Assembly (NCBI GenBank): GCA_020632515.1
Contig: JACKFK010000006.1
Span: forward strand, 75,876 to 139,875
DNA: 64,000 nucleotides
From: Candidatus Omnitrophota bacterium
Lineage (GTDB): Bacteria > Omnitrophota > Gorgyraeia > Zapsychrales > Zapsychraceae
Direction of reading: 5' to 3'
Position numbers and translations under genes: made by a program
Notes under the pieces: model-generated
The model's database searches: none
The model's input: the letters and a program-made list of their open reading frames with translations, nothing else
What the model was told of the DNA's origin: nothing
Shown: positions 9,349-19,675 of the stretch, piece after piece
Layout of the letters: each line of letters begins with the position of its first letter
How positions within the stretch are numbered: the stretch's first letter is position 1

Positions 9349-10485
9349 ATGGATATTCGTACAAAATCCGTTCATAACGGTGTCTATAAAGATAAAAGTT
9401 ATAATTCAGTGACCACACCGATTTATCCGACTTCGACCTTTGCCTTTGACGCTTTAGGAAAGAATAAAGGTTATGATTATACCCGCAGTGGAAATCCAAC
9501 ACGGACAGCCTTGGAAGAAAATATTGCGGCGTTAGAAGGCGGGGTGGCTTGTTCAGTGACGGCAACGGGAATGGCGGCGGTTACGGCTGTACTTTTTTAT
9601 CTGAAGCCGGGAGATCATGTAATTACCGGAGATGATATTTACGGCGGAACGTATCGGTTGTTTGATCAGGTTTTTTCCAAATACGGTATATCATTTTCTT
9701 TTGTTAATATGCGTGATTTGGATGCGGTTCAGAAGGCTGTTAATGAAAATACCAAAATGATGTGGATTGAAACGCCGTCTAATCCATTATTAAATATTGT
9801 TGATATTGAGGCGGTGATTAATGCGGCTAAAGGGAAAGGGATTATCTCTGTTGTAGATAACACGTTTCTTTCGCCGTATTTTCAAAGTCCCTTTGAATTT
9901 GGTGCAGATATTGTTGTGCATTCGACGACGAAGTATTTAAATGGTCACAGCGATGTGGTTGGCGGTGCGATCATTTATAAAACGAAGGAACTCGAAGAAC
10001 GTGGCCGATTTTTAGTCAATGCGTTAGGTGTTTCAGAAGCGCCTTTCGATGCTTGGCTGGTTTTACGCGGTGTTAAGACGCTGGCTTATCGCATGGAAGC
10101 GCATCAAGCCAATGCATTGGCGATTGCTCAGTTCTTAGAGAATCATCCAGCCGTGAAGAAGGTTTATTATCCGGGTCTTTCTAGCCATCCGCAGTATGCG
10201 CTTATCAAGAAACAAATGAAAGGTTTCGGCGGAATGTTGTCATTCGAACTTGATACCAGTAAAGTCAGCTGTGATCAGTTGTTTTCAAAACTGAAATATT
10301 TCAGTCTGGCAGAAAGTCTGGGAGGAGTTGAATCTTTGATTGAACATCCATGGTTGATGAGTCATTCTTCGATGGGAGAAAAGGGATTAAAATCCTCTGG
10401 AATCACGCAAGAAACTATTCGTGTGTCTGTTGGAATTGAGTCGGCGCAGGATTTAATTGACGATTTAACGCAAGCGTTGAAATAA
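9349..10485 (+). CDS. Cys/Met-metabolism PLP enzyme (cystathionine gamma-synthase / beta- or gamma-lyase family)
   Basis: 378 aa. Family motif with PLP lysine, STTKYLNGHSD. Exact reaction specificity is not resolvable by eye. Confidence 0.85.
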   Translation: MDIRTKSVHNGVYKDKSYNSVTTPIYPTSTFAFDALGKNKGYDYTRSGNPTRTALEENIAALEGGVACSVTATGMAAVTAVLFYLKPGDHVITGDDIYGGTYRLFDQVFSKYGISFSFVNMRDLDAVQKAVNENTKMMWIETPSNPLLNIVDIEAVINAAKGKGIISVVDNTFLSPYFQSPFEFGADIVVHSTTKYLNGHSDVVGGAIIYKTKELEERGRFLVNALGVSEAPFDAWLVLRGVKTLAYRMEAHQANALAIAQFLENHPAVKKVYYPGLSSHPQYALIKKQMKGFGGMLSFELDTSKVSCDQLFSKLKYFSLAESLGGVESLIEHPWLMSHSSMGEKGLKSSGITQETIRVSVGIESAQDLIDDLTQALK

Positions 10486-10489
10486 GTTA

Positions 10490-12241
10490 TTACCAACCAC
10501 CACCACCTCCGCCGCCCCCGCCTCCTCCGGAAAAACCTCCCCCTCCAGATCCTGAACTTGATCCCGGCGGTGTTGCTGATGCAGCAATTGTGCTGGTAAA
10601 AGTGGAAAGGTTGCGGCTGAAACTATGGATGCGGTGGTTGTTCCATGAACTTCCTGAATACCACGACGGATAATAATCTTCTCTACCAAGTTTAGCAAAC
10701 ACGTTTGTGAATTGTTCTGCCCATTTTTGTTCCACATCCAAAGCCAGAGCAAAGGGAAGGTACTTCTCAAATAATTGAGGTGTTTTTTCTGGCGGATTTA
10801 AGAAATTCAAACGGTCTTTTTCCGTCACGGAAAGAAACATGCGAAATCCTTCAATTTGATCAAGAATCTTTCGCCCTTTGAGTGTAGGGGCTTTTAGTAA
10901 ATGGTAGAACAAAAGATTTGTTAGAATTGTCGTGATCGCAACTAAGATTCCCCAAAGAGGAAAGTCTTCAAAGGATGTGGACATGCTGAAAAGGATACCG
11001 ACAGATAACACTAATCCAATAACAAAAAAATGTTGATTTGTTAAGAAATAGATGTGTTGAACGCGGGTATTTAAAGACGCTTTAAGAACGTTAATCGCGG
11101 CTTGAATCGTGGAGTGGTTTTTATTGTCTAATTCAATTTCATTGCCGCCTGTAAAAAGCAGAAGTTGTAACTTATCCTCCTCGGGAGACAAGGGTTCTTT
11201 AAGGGAACCCAGATTTTTTTTGAGGGTATAAGTGTTAGGAATTAATTTCTCGAAAATATTTTTATCTTTGCTTTCTTCAATGATGATTTGTCCTTTGACG
11301 GCCAGATTGATTACCGCACTGGACAAAACTTTATTGTCGTAATTCATTTTCCACAAATAACGCATGCTGGCCGGCGACATCTCTTTGGGTGGATAATAAA
11401 GCGGAATGATAGTTCCTTTTTTAGGATCTTTACCAACGAGATACCAAATAATCAGGTAGTAACCGACAATAAAAATAATCGAAAAGATGCTTTGAAAGAT
11501 ATGGTGGTTATCCTGCCAAAAGAATTTGGATTTTTCTAACGCAGAAGGTTCGCGGATATACCCTTTGGGCCAAGATACGGCAATGGTCATGCCTTCATAA
11601 GGTCGTAGCATTCGGTTTAGTGAAAATTGGGGCTGGTTATCATAAGTACGGGATGTTTTTACTTCGGACGTGGTGTTGGAGCCATATCCACCGGAGTATC
11701 CAACCATTTCAAGGACGTTGTTTTTTGCGTTATCAGGCAGATAAATAATGGCTGAAGCCTTTTCAATAGGAAATGTCCAACCGTTGCCGGTTACGTTCCA
11801 ATAGAGTTCGTCATGATCAGGAAAGAATCCTATTTGGCGGGTGGTTTCATACGCAATTTCATAAGTATATTCGCCCGGATTTAAGAAAATATTGGAGCTG
11901 CCGATATAAATCCGTATGCCATTGCTGATTCTTTCCGTATGATAGGGCTCCTGCCGGCCGTCTTTTTTTATAGAAAGTATGGAAAATCCAACGATGAAGC
12001 GATTTCCATTTTCATCTTTATAGCGCAGAGGAAAGTCACGGTAAATCCCGCGGCGGATGTTCTGACCGTTGCTGTAAACTTTGATGGTTTCGGTAACAAT
12101 TAATGAGGCATCTTGGTGGATTGTGATGTCACTATGAAAAGATATAATCCGTTCGGTGGTTAATTGAGCAGAGGCGGATACGGCCAGTAAGAATAAAGTG
12201 TTAAGAAAAATCGCGCATTTAAAAATGAATCTGCATTTCAT
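10490..12241 (-). CDS. DUF2207-family membrane protein with poly-Gly C-terminal tail
   Basis: 583 aa. Signal peptide, large extracytoplasmic domain, several TM helices, and a tail ...[24 protein letters not shown] typical of DUF2207. Confidence 0.7.
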   Translation of the reverse strand: MKCRFIFKCAIFLNTLFLLAVSASAQLTTERIISFHSDITIHQDASLIVTETIKVYSNGQNIRRGIYRDFPLRYKDENGNRFIVGFSILSIKKDGRQEPYHTERISNGIRIYIGSSNIFLNPGEYTYEIAYETTRQIGFFPDHDELYWNVTGNGWTFPIEKASAIIYLPDNAKNNVLEMVGYSGGYGSNTTSEVKTSRTYDNQPQFSLNRMLRPYEGMTIAVSWPKGYIREPSALEKSKFFWQDNHHIFQSIFSIIFIVGYYLIIWYLVGKDPKKGTIIPLYYPPKEMSPASMRYLWKMNYDNKVLSSAVINLAVKGQIIIEESKDKNIFEKLIPNTYTLKKNLGSLKEPLSPEEDKLQLLLFTGGNEIELDNKNHSTIQAAINVLKASLNTRVQHIYFLTNQHFFVIGLVLSVGILFSMSTSFEDFPLWGILVAITTILTNLLFYHLLKAPTLKGRKILDQIEGFRMFLSVTEKDRLNFLNPPEKTPQLFEKYLPFALALDVEQKWAEQFTNVFAKLGREDYYPSWYSGSSWNNHRIHSFSRNLSTFTSTIAASATPPGSSSGSGGGGFSGGGGGGGGGGGW

Positions 12242-12253
12242 TGAACGATTCCT

Positions 12254-12805
12254 TTAGAATTGAACTTTGGGGGCTTCCCTCTCGGTAGCCACCTCGATTT
12301 CAAAAAATTCTTCCTTTTTAAACTGAAAAGCCTGCGCCACCAGATTACTGGGAAATGATTCGACTTTGTAATTGTAATCACGGACTGTACCGTTGTAATA
12401 CCGGCGGGCTAATTGCAGCTCACTTTCAATGTTGGTTAAATTCTTTTGTAAATCCTGGAAGTTTTGGTTGGCTTTTAAATCTGGATAGGCTTCACTAACA
12501 GCAAAAATAGTTTTCAACGCCTGGGAGATGCCGTTTTCCAAATTGGCTTTCTGCTGCTTCCCTGAGGCTCCAGTCACTTCAGAGCGTAGGCGGGTGACTT
12601 CTTCTAAAACTTTTTGTTCATGTTTCATGTATCCTTTGACAGTTTCAATCAGATTGGGTATCAAATCATGACGTCGTTTTAATTGAACATCAATACCGCT
12701 CCATGATTCATTAACATGCAGCCGGCCGCGGACAAGGCCGTTATAAATACCGATTATACTGGCTATCAGAAGAACAATAATTCCTAATAAAATCCAGAAA
12801 GTCAT
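12254..12805 (-). CDS. lemA: LemA family protein
   Basis: 183 aa. N-terminal TM, then YN.LV......W..IDVQLKRR.DLIPNL... a classic LemA pattern. Confidence 0.85.
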   Translation of the reverse strand: MTFWILLGIIVLLIASIIGIYNGLVRGRLHVNESWSGIDVQLKRRHDLIPNLIETVKGYMKHEQKVLEEVTRLRSEVTGASGKQQKANLENGISQALKTIFAVSEAYPDLKANQNFQDLQKNLTNIESELQLARRYYNGTVRDYNYKVESFPSNLVAQAFQFKKEEFFEIEVATEREAPKVQF

Positions 12806-12946
12806 GATGTGCTCCTATTTTAAATTTGGTTAATAGAAATTTTTAGTATTATATATTAAATACATTGTTATATTTGAATATTTTTTGTTTCTGGAGGAAA
12901 ACATTTTCGTAGCCAAAATAAATCAATTTTGCTAATATAACTCTTC

Positions 12947-13720
12947 ATGAAAATAAAAAAGATTTTTCTATCTCTGTTTTTTTGCTTTCTTATATTGGTA
13001 AAAGTAAGCCAGGCAGGCTCACCTGAAGAATTTGCCAAGATTAAAATGGCGGTATTAAAACAGGATTTTAATCTGGTGCAAGAATTATCGCGGCAATACC
13101 TTTCCAACCATCCTAAAGACATTCAGGTTTTTGAGGTTACTTATTATTTGGCGCTTAGTTATATTCATTTAGATCAATATAATGAAGCGTTAACAATGTT
13201 CAAACAATTACGCAAAAAGAAACTTGATTCAAATCTACGGGATAAAGTTTATTTAGGGTTCTTTGACGCGCTTTATTTAAATGAACAATATAAAGCCGCG
13301 TTAAAGACAATGAACAAATTACGTAAAATTAATCCGGATTCAGAATTCTTAAGTTTAATTTTGTTAAAATCGGCCCGGGTGAATTTGAAGTTGACGAATT
13401 GGAATGAAGCCTATATGCAGCTTAGTAAGATTGTGGACGATTTTCCTGACAGTCTGGAAGCACGGTTCGCGCAGCAATTATTGGAGGAGAAACAATATTT
13501 TGCTGTTCAAGTTGGTGCTTTTTTAGATCGGAAAAGAGCGGAGAAAGTGATGATGGAATTAAAAGCAAAAGATGAATACGCGTATATTGTGGAAACTGTG
13601 AATCAACATAATCAGAAGTTTTATCGCGTGCGAGTTGGGCAATTGGCCGGGTTGAATGATGCGAAAAAATTAAAGAGGAAATTATCCAAACAAGGTTATC
13701 CTACCACGATTTATCCATGA
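12947..13720 (+). CDS. Secreted TPR-repeat protein with C-terminal SPOR (peptidoglycan-binding) domain
   Basis: Signal peptide, TPR-like helices, and a C-terminal FAVQVGAF...YRVRVG SPOR pattern. Confidence 0.7.
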   Translation: MKIKKIFLSLFFCFLILVKVSQAGSPEEFAKIKMAVLKQDFNLVQELSRQYLSNHPKDIQVFEVTYYLALSYIHLDQYNEALTMFKQLRKKKLDSNLRDKVYLGFFDALYLNEQYKAALKTMNKLRKINPDSEFLSLILLKSARVNLKLTNWNEAYMQLSKIVDDFPDSLEARFAQQLLEEKQYFAVQVGAFLDRKRAEKVMMELKAKDEYAYIVETVNQHNQKFYRVRVGQLAGLNDAKKLKRKLSKQGYPTTIYP

Positions 13721-13799
13721 CATGCTTTCAGGTTGTTCGCTGATGATTTCATTCAAAATTAATTGGTATCCAATGGTATTATTTTGATAGGTCTGCTTT

Positions 13800-14723
13800 A
13801 TGCATAATAAAAAGATTGTTTTTATTGTTGGACCGACGGCTGTGGGAAAGTCTGACGTTGCTTTTTTTCTGGCACAGAAAATTAATGGAGAAATTGTTTC
13901 TTGTGACTCTATGCAAGTGTATAAAGAGATTCATATCGCCAGCAATAAACCAGAGAAGGATCTGTTGAAGAAAGTTCCGCATCATTTGATTGGTGTCATA
14001 TCGGTTGAAGATGATTTTGATGTTGTGCAGTTTAATCGGATGGCGCGCAAAGTGATTGATGAAATCTTATCTCGAGATAAAACCCCGATTGTTGTCGGAG
14101 GAAGTGGTTTGTATGTGAATGTGTTGCTTGATGGGATTTTTGCAGATAGCGCACGAGATGAAGGTTTGCGAACCTTGTTATTTGATCAAGCCACCGAACA
14201 CGGTCCAGAATATTTGTATCGTCAATTACAGATAAAAGATCCTCAAGCGGCTGAGAAAATTCATCCGCATAACATTAAACGGGTGGTGCGGGCGCTGGAA
14301 GTGATTCTGACAAAGAACGCGCCGATTTCAACTTTACAGAAAAAACGTGAAGGCTTATGGGGTAACTTTGATATTGCTATCTTCGGGCTTGATCAGGAGC
14401 GTGCCGCGCTTTATGAAAAAATTAATGCGCGTGTTGATCAGATGATTGCGCAAGGATTAGTTGAAGAGGTAAAGAAACTTCATAATTTACAGCTTGGTGT
14501 AACAGCTAAATATTTGATTGGGATTAAAGAGATTCAGGGATATTTAAAAGGAGAATGGGATTTGCCCGAGGCTGTAAGGAAAATGAAGCAAAACACGCGG
14601 CATTTTGCTAAGAGGCAGTTAACATGGTTTCGTAAAGATAATCGAATCCAATGGAATGATCTTAAACAAGGACAAAGTATGGCATCTGTAGCAGAGACGT
14701 TATCTCAGGTGGTAACAGCATGA
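13800..14723 (+). CDS. miaA: tRNA dimethylallyltransferase
   Basis: P-loop GPTAVGKS, DSMQVYK, HHLI. Confidence 0.9.
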   Translation: MHNKKIVFIVGPTAVGKSDVAFFLAQKINGEIVSCDSMQVYKEIHIASNKPEKDLLKKVPHHLIGVISVEDDFDVVQFNRMARKVIDEILSRDKTPIVVGGSGLYVNVLLDGIFADSARDEGLRTLLFDQATEHGPEYLYRQLQIKDPQAAEKIHPHNIKRVVRALEVILTKNAPISTLQKKREGLWGNFDIAIFGLDQERAALYEKINARVDQMIAQGLVEEVKKLHNLQLGVTAKYLIGIKEIQGYLKGEWDLPEAVRKMKQNTRHFAKRQLTWFRKDNRIQWNDLKQGQSMASVAETLSQVVTA

Positions 14724-15997
14724 AAGAAAGCCAATTAGTTGAATCTGCCGACATGGAACGCGTATTGTTGGTTATGATTGATTTCAAGAATGATAAACAG
14801 CAGTGGCAGGTTGAGGATAATCTTTTTGAAATGCAGGAATTGGTGGTGGCTTGCGGTGGTGAGGTGATTGAAAGCGTTATTTGTCCTCTTTCGAAGCCAT
14901 CAGCTGCCACATTGATTAATAAAGGTAAGGTGGATGAAATTATCACGGCGTGCTCAGCTTTTGATATCGATACAGTAATTTTTAGTGAAGATTTGAAAGG
15001 AAGCCAGCAGCGGAATTTGGAAGAGAGTATTAAACTTAAAACGATTGACCGCACGCAATTGATTTTAGATATCTTTGCAAAAAACGCGACGAGCAAAGAA
15101 GGAAAGATGCAAGTTGAGTTAGCGCAGTTGGAATATCTGTTGCCGCGGTTGGTAGGTAAAGGTGTTGAGTTGTCGCGATTAGGCGGCGGGATCGGAACAC
15201 TGGGGCCGGGGGAAACAAAGTTAGAGGTTGATCGTCGGCGGATTGGTCAGCGTATTGATAAACTGAAAAAAGAATTGAAAGAAGTTGCGGCCGGGCGCCA
15301 GCTCAAACGCAAGAAGCGTAAAGATCAAGGTGTTCCGAGTATTTCTTTGGTGGGATACACCAATGCCGGAAAATCAACGTTGCTTAACACGTTAACGCAA
15401 GCTGGACAAAAGACGAAAGACGGATTATTTACCACGCTCGATTCTTTATCCCGCCAGTTAGCGCTGCCGAATCATCAAAAGGTTGTTCTTTCGGATACAG
15501 TCGGGTTTATGCATCAATTGCCGCACCGTTTGATTGAAGCGTTTAAGGCGACATTAGAAGAAGTAAAGGAAGCGGATTTGTTGTTGCATGTTTTAGATGG
15601 TAGTCATCCGCGTTTTCGTGATTTGTATGAATCGGTTTGTGTGGTTTTACGTGAATTAGAGGCGATGCAGACACCAACATTGGTCGTGATCAATAAAGCT
15701 GATCATTTAGAATCGCCAGAGATGGTTGCCGGTATTCAAAGTTCTTTTGAAAATTCTGTGGCGATATCGGCGTTAAAGAAGCAAGGCATAGATTTGTTGC
15801 TTGAGAAAATAATGGCGATGCTGGCTGAATCGTTTGAGGAAATTCACGTCGATATTCCAATTAATCGTATGGATCTGGTTAATCTTGCCCATAAAGAAGG
15901 GGAAGTTTTCTCTGTAAAATATTATAACGACCGTATTAACATCCGCGCTTCCATTCCTGTCTCGCTTAAGGCGAAGTTTATTTTTGAATCCATTTAA
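14720..15997 (+). CDS. hflX: GTPase HflX
   Basis: HflX N-domain (GPGETKLE.DRR), G1 GYTNAGKST, G3 DTVGF, G4 NKAD. ATGA overlap with miaA. Confidence 0.9.
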   Translation: MKESQLVESADMERVLLVMIDFKNDKQQWQVEDNLFEMQELVVACGGEVIESVICPLSKPSAATLINKGKVDEIITACSAFDIDTVIFSEDLKGSQQRNLEESIKLKTIDRTQLILDIFAKNATSKEGKMQVELAQLEYLLPRLVGKGVELSRLGGGIGTLGPGETKLEVDRRRIGQRIDKLKKELKEVAAGRQLKRKKRKDQGVPSISLVGYTNAGKSTLLNTLTQAGQKTKDGLFTTLDSLSRQLALPNHQKVVLSDTVGFMHQLPHRLIEAFKATLEEVKEADLLLHVLDGSHPRFRDLYESVCVVLRELEAMQTPTLVVINKADHLESPEMVAGIQSSFENSVAISALKKQGIDLLLEKIMAMLAESFEEIHVDIPINRMDLVNLAHKEGEVFSVKYYNDRINIRASIPVSLKAKFIFESI

Positions 15998-16074
15998 GTT
16001 TAAATTCTAGTCATTTTTTTTCAATAGGTTATGTTATTTTAGTTAGTTTATCTAATTATTTTTGTTAGAAATTA

Positions 16075-16103
16075 TTGACAAAATAGGTAGATGGTGCTAT
16101 ATT
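16075..16103 (+). promoter_or_regulatory. Sigma70-type promoter upstream of the MerR-like gene
   Basis: TTGACA-N17-TATATT read directly. Confidence 0.5.
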
Positions 16104-16131
16104 TTTGATGAGGTAAAAAGAGGATAAGGCA

Positions 16132-16434
16132 ATGAATGAGCTAAATGATGAAATGCTACCAGATTTTGAATTTAGTATAAATCCTGAAGCCCCGTTATTT
16201 GTTATTAGTGTTGTTAGTGAAATGGTTCAAATTCCGATCTGGACCCTAAGAAAGCTTGATGAATATGGCATTATTAAGGCGGAACGAAAAGGGAAGAAAA
16301 CCAGATGTTATTCAAAAATACAGATTAAGAAATTGTATCATATTCATTATTTAATGAACGTTAAAAAAGTCAATATTAGTGGAATTAAACATATTTTTGA
16401 AATTGAGTACAGAAAGGAGGGGGAGAATGGATAA
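16132..16434 (+). CDS. MerR-family HTH regulator (HspR/CbpM-like, heat-shock context)
   Basis: 100 aa. MerR-type HTH region (ISVVSEMVQIPIWTLRKLDEYGII). Sits directly upstream of hsp20-clpB. Confidence 0.55.
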   Translation: MNELNDEMLPDFEFSINPEAPLFVISVVSEMVQIPIWTLRKLDEYGIIKAERKGKKTRCYSKIQIKKLYHIHYLMNVKKVNISGIKHIFEIEYRKEGENG

Positions 16435-16474
16435 AGTTGTTGAGTTCTTGCTGTGCCTTTTTTTTAATCAGAAT

Positions 16475-16501
16475 TTAGCAGTCGGAAGATGTAAGTGCTA
16501 A
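16475..16501. promoter_or_regulatory. CIRCE-like HrcA operator upstream of hsp20
   Basis: TTAGCAGTC-N9-AAGTGCTAA against consensus TTAGCACTC-N9-GAGTGCTAA (2 mismatches). Lies 40 nt before the hsp20 ATG. Confidence 0.6.
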
Positions 16502-16541
16502 TCAAGCAAAGATTTTATTTTAACCATAAGGAGGTAATCAT

Positions 16542-16994
16542 ATGAAACTTACACCATGGCAACCAAAAAAAAGAGATGTATTTAATGAACTTTTAGATTG
16601 GGACTATCCATTTGGTTCTTCTCTCTTGCCGAGTCTTTTTCAAGAAAAACGATTAAACGGGCAAGATTGGTATCCGGCTATTGATATCAGTGAAGACAAG
16701 AATAATGTTTATGTCAAAGCTGATTTGCCGGGATTAAAGAAAGAAGATATTCAAGTCTCAGTCCATAATGATGTTCTCACTATTAAGGGAGAACGAAAGT
16801 CCGAAAGCGAACACAAGGACAAGAATTTTCATCGGGTTGAACGATCTTATGGGGTCTTTCAACGCACTTTGGAATTGGGTTCTGCAGTGGACAAGACCAA
16901 GGTTAAAGCTAATTATAAAGACGGTGTTTTGGATATTATTATTCCAAAAACGGAAGAAACAAAAGCCCAAAACATCGTGATTGAAGACAAGTAA
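16542..16994 (+). CDS. Small heat-shock protein (Hsp20/alpha-crystallin family)
   Basis: 150 aa. Alpha-crystallin domain (PAIDISEDKNNVYVKADLPG...ANYKDGVL.I.IPK). Confidence 0.9.
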   Translation: MKLTPWQPKKRDVFNELLDWDYPFGSSLLPSLFQEKRLNGQDWYPAIDISEDKNNVYVKADLPGLKKEDIQVSVHNDVLTIKGERKSESEHKDKNFHRVERSYGVFQRTLELGSAVDKTKVKANYKDGVLDIIIPKTEETKAQNIVIEDK

Positions 16995-17007
16995 AAGTAA
17001 ATTGCGA

Positions 17008-17048
17008 GTTGCTAAGTTGCTAGATTATTTTTCTAGTAACTTAGCAAC
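17008..17048. repeat. 17-bp inverted repeat (one mismatch) between hsp20 and clpB
   Basis: gttgctaagttgctaga-N7-tctagtaacttagcaac. No T-run follows. Ends 23 nt before the clpB ATG. Confidence 0.75.
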
Positions 17049-17071
17049 CTGGCAGTTAAAGGAGATAAAAA

Positions 17072-19654
17072 ATGGTTCGATTTGATAAATTCACTCAAAA
17101 AAGTCAGGAAGCGATTCAGAAGGCTCTTGAGCTGGCGCAGGAATTAGGGCATCAGCAAATTGAGTCGACGCATATAACATATGCGTTGTTAAAAGAAGAG
17201 CAGGGAATGATCCCAATGATTTTGCAGCGTCTTGGAGTAGCTGTGGAAGAACTTATTCTAAAATTGGATCAGGAATTAGGTAAGAAACCTTCCGTTGAAA
17301 GTGATCAATTGCCTTTTTTATCTCAAGAGTTAAACCAGATTTTGAATGAAGCAAAAAAATGCGCAGATCAAATGAAGGATCAATACGTTTCGCAGGAACA
17401 TTTGTTCTTATCAATGATCCGCCGTCAAGAAACTATAATAGCGCAGGAATTAAAGAAGCATGGACTTTCCGATAAAGATGTATTAAAAATATTAAATGAA
17501 ATACGGGGAGGACAAACCGTGACAGACGCGAATCCGGAAGATAAATATCAAGCGCTGGAAAAGTATGGTAGAGATTTGACCGATCTTGCCGCCAAAGGCA
17601 AGATTGATCCGGTTATCGGCCGGGATGAAGAAATCCGCCGGGTGATCCAGGTTTTATCTCGACGAACAAAAAATAATCCGGTTTTAATTGGTGAGCCTGG
17701 TGTTGGAAAAACTGCGATTGCCGAAGGATTGGCTCAACGGATTTATTTGGGTGATGTGCCTGAGGGGTTAAAGCAAAAGAAAGTGATTGCGCTTGATTTA
17801 GGGAGCTTAGTCGCGGGATCAAAATTTCGTGGAGAATTTGAAGACCGCTTAAAAGCAGTTTTAAAAGAGATTGAATCTAAACAAGGCCAGGTGATTTTAT
17901 TTATTGATGAATTGCATACAATTGTTGGCGTTGGGAAATCTGAAGGCGCGATGGATGCTTCCAATATGTTAAAACCCGCTTTGGCTCGAGGACAATTGCG
18001 ATGTATTGGAGCGACGACATTAGATGAATATCGTAAATATATTGAGAAAGACGCGGCCTTAGAACGACGTTTTCAACCTGTGATGGTGAATGAACCCACA
18101 GTAGAGGACACGATCGCGATTTTACGAGGATTGAAAGAACGGTATGAGGTTCATCATGGTGTGCGTATTCAAGATTCTGCGATTATCGCGGCCGCTACAT
18201 TATCACATCGGTATATTACAGAGAGATTCTTGCCGGATAAGGCGATTGATTTAATTGATGAGGCAGCCTCTCGGTTACGCATTGAAATCGATAGCATGCC
18301 GCGGGATTTAGATATAAATGAACGAAAGATTCGAAAGCTGGAAATTGAACGACAAGCTTTAAAAAAGGAGAAAGATGAATCTTCGAAAGAACGATTAAGA
18401 AAACTTGAGCAAGAGTTAGAAGAATATAAAGAGGAAAATAAAAAACTGCGTATCCGCTGGCAAGGTGAAAAGGAAAAAATTAATCATATAAGAAAAATTA
18501 AAAGTGATATTGAACAGGCCAAATATGAAGAATCTCGTCTGGAGAAACAAGGAGATTTAGATAAAGTGGCAAAGATCCGTTATGGTACGCTAGTTGAGCT
18601 TGAACAACAGTTGAAAAAACAAAATGAAGAATTAATTAATTTGCAGAAAGCCGATGCTTTATTGAAGGAGGAAGTTGATGAGCATGATGTCGCTCAAATT
18701 GTTTCGTATTGGACTAAAATTCCTATTTCCAAATTAATGGAGGGTGAAACAGAAAAATTAATCAATATCGAAGGTAGCCTTAAAAAACGTGTTGTAGGGC
18801 AAGATGAAGCGATTGATTTAATTGCTTCCTGCATTCGTCGCTCACGAACCGGGTTAAGTGATCCTAATCGGCCGATTGGCACGTTTCTTTTTATCGGACC
18901 GACAGGTGTAGGGAAAACAGAGTTGGCCAAGTCGTTGGCGTGGTTTTTGTTTGATGATGAAAATGCACTTATTCGGATTGATATGAGTGAGTATATGGAG
19001 AAACATAGTGTGTCTCGTTTGATTGGAGCCCCTCCAGGATATGTGGGATATGATGAAGGCGGGCAGTTAACTGAAGCCGTGCGCCGTCGACCATTTTCTG
19101 TTGTTTTATTTGATGAAATCGAGAAAGCGCATCGTGATGTATTTAATACGCTTTTGCAAATTCTTGATGATGGCCGCCTAACGGATGGACAAGGAAGGGT
19201 TGTAAATTTTAAAAATACAATTATTATTATGACGTCTAATATTGGATCTGATTTGATTGCTGATTTGAGTAATAAGGAAATCATTGAACAGCGGATTAAT
19301 GAATCTTTGAAGGAAGCTTTTCGTCCAGAATTCTTAAATCGTATAGATGAGCGAATTATTTTTAACCGGCTTAGTAAGGAATATATTAATCAAATTGTCG
19401 ATATTCAGTTAGATATCCTTCGAAAACGTTTGAGTGATAAGAAAATTACTTTGGAATTATCAGATACGGTGAAGGATTATTTAGGGGATCGTGGATATGA
19501 TCCTGTTTATGGCGCCAGGCCGCTTAAGAGGTGTATTCAGAAATTAATCCAAGATCCTATAGCATTAAAATTATTAGAAGGTAAAATAAAAGAAAATAAT
19601 CACATCAAAGTGAAGAAAACAAAGACGGATCAATTAGAATTTTCCGCGAATTAA
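17072..19654 (+). CDS. clpB: ATP-dependent disaggregase ClpB
   Basis: 860 aa. Two AAA+ modules ([22 protein letters not shown]) with a long middle coiled-coil. Confidence 0.95.
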   Translation: MVRFDKFTQKSQEAIQKALELAQELGHQQIESTHITYALLKEEQGMIPMILQRLGVAVEELILKLDQELGKKPSVESDQLPFLSQELNQILNEAKKCADQMKDQYVSQEHLFLSMIRRQETIIAQELKKHGLSDKDVLKILNEIRGGQTVTDANPEDKYQALEKYGRDLTDLAAKGKIDPVIGRDEEIRRVIQVLSRRTKNNPVLIGEPGVGKTAIAEGLAQRIYLGDVPEGLKQKKVIALDLGSLVAGSKFRGEFEDRLKAVLKEIESKQGQVILFIDELHTIVGVGKSEGAMDASNMLKPALARGQLRCIGATTLDEYRKYIEKDAALERRFQPVMVNEPTVEDTIAILRGLKERYEVHHGVRIQDSAIIAAATLSHRYITERFLPDKAIDLIDEAASRLRIEIDSMPRDLDINERKIRKLEIERQALKKEKDESSKERLRKLEQELEEYKEENKKLRIRWQGEKEKINHIRKIKSDIEQAKYEESRLEKQGDLDKVAKIRYGTLVELEQQLKKQNEELINLQKADALLKEEVDEHDVAQIVSYWTKIPISKLMEGETEKLINIEGSLKKRVVGQDEAIDLIASCIRRSRTGLSDPNRPIGTFLFIGPTGVGKTELAKSLAWFLFDDENALIRIDMSEYMEKHSVSRLIGAPPGYVGYDEGGQLTEAVRRRPFSVVLFDEIEKAHRDVFNTLLQILDDGRLTDGQGRVVNFKNTIIIMTSNIGSDLIADLSNKEIIEQRINESLKEAFRPEFLNRIDERIIFNRLSKEYINQIVDIQLDILRKRLSDKKITLELSDTVKDYLGDRGYDPVYGARPLKRCIQKLIQDPIALKLLEGKIKENNHIKVKKTKTDQLEFSAN

Positions 19655-19675
19655 TATAAAAAGTTATAGGTTAGT

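Noticed and set aside
10465..10770. G/C-rich low-complexity stretch (ccaccaccacctccgccgcccccgcctcc) and a 101-aa alternate-frame minus-strand ORF; it looked like a simple repeat
   Set aside because: The stretch is the 3' end of the DUF2207 gene and encodes its poly-Gly tail. The alternate-frame ORF is a by-product of the same biased composition.
17008..17048. Reading the hsp20-clpB inverted repeat as a CIRCE or HspR HAIR operator
   Set aside because: It contains TGCTAA and TTAGCA words, but in the reverse order and spacing relative to CIRCE (TTAGCACTC-N9-GAGTGCTAA). It has no resemblance to HAIR (CTTGAGT-N7-ACTCAAG).
18694..19284. 196-aa minus-strand ORF inside clpB
   Set aside because: It is entirely antisense to a confidently identified, motif-rich gene. 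It has no RBS and a low-complexity composition, as expected of a shadow ORF. The same reasoning applies to 14662-15096, 830-1204, 33939-34274, 28741-29088, 42805-43158 and the other antisense or alternate-frame track entries.
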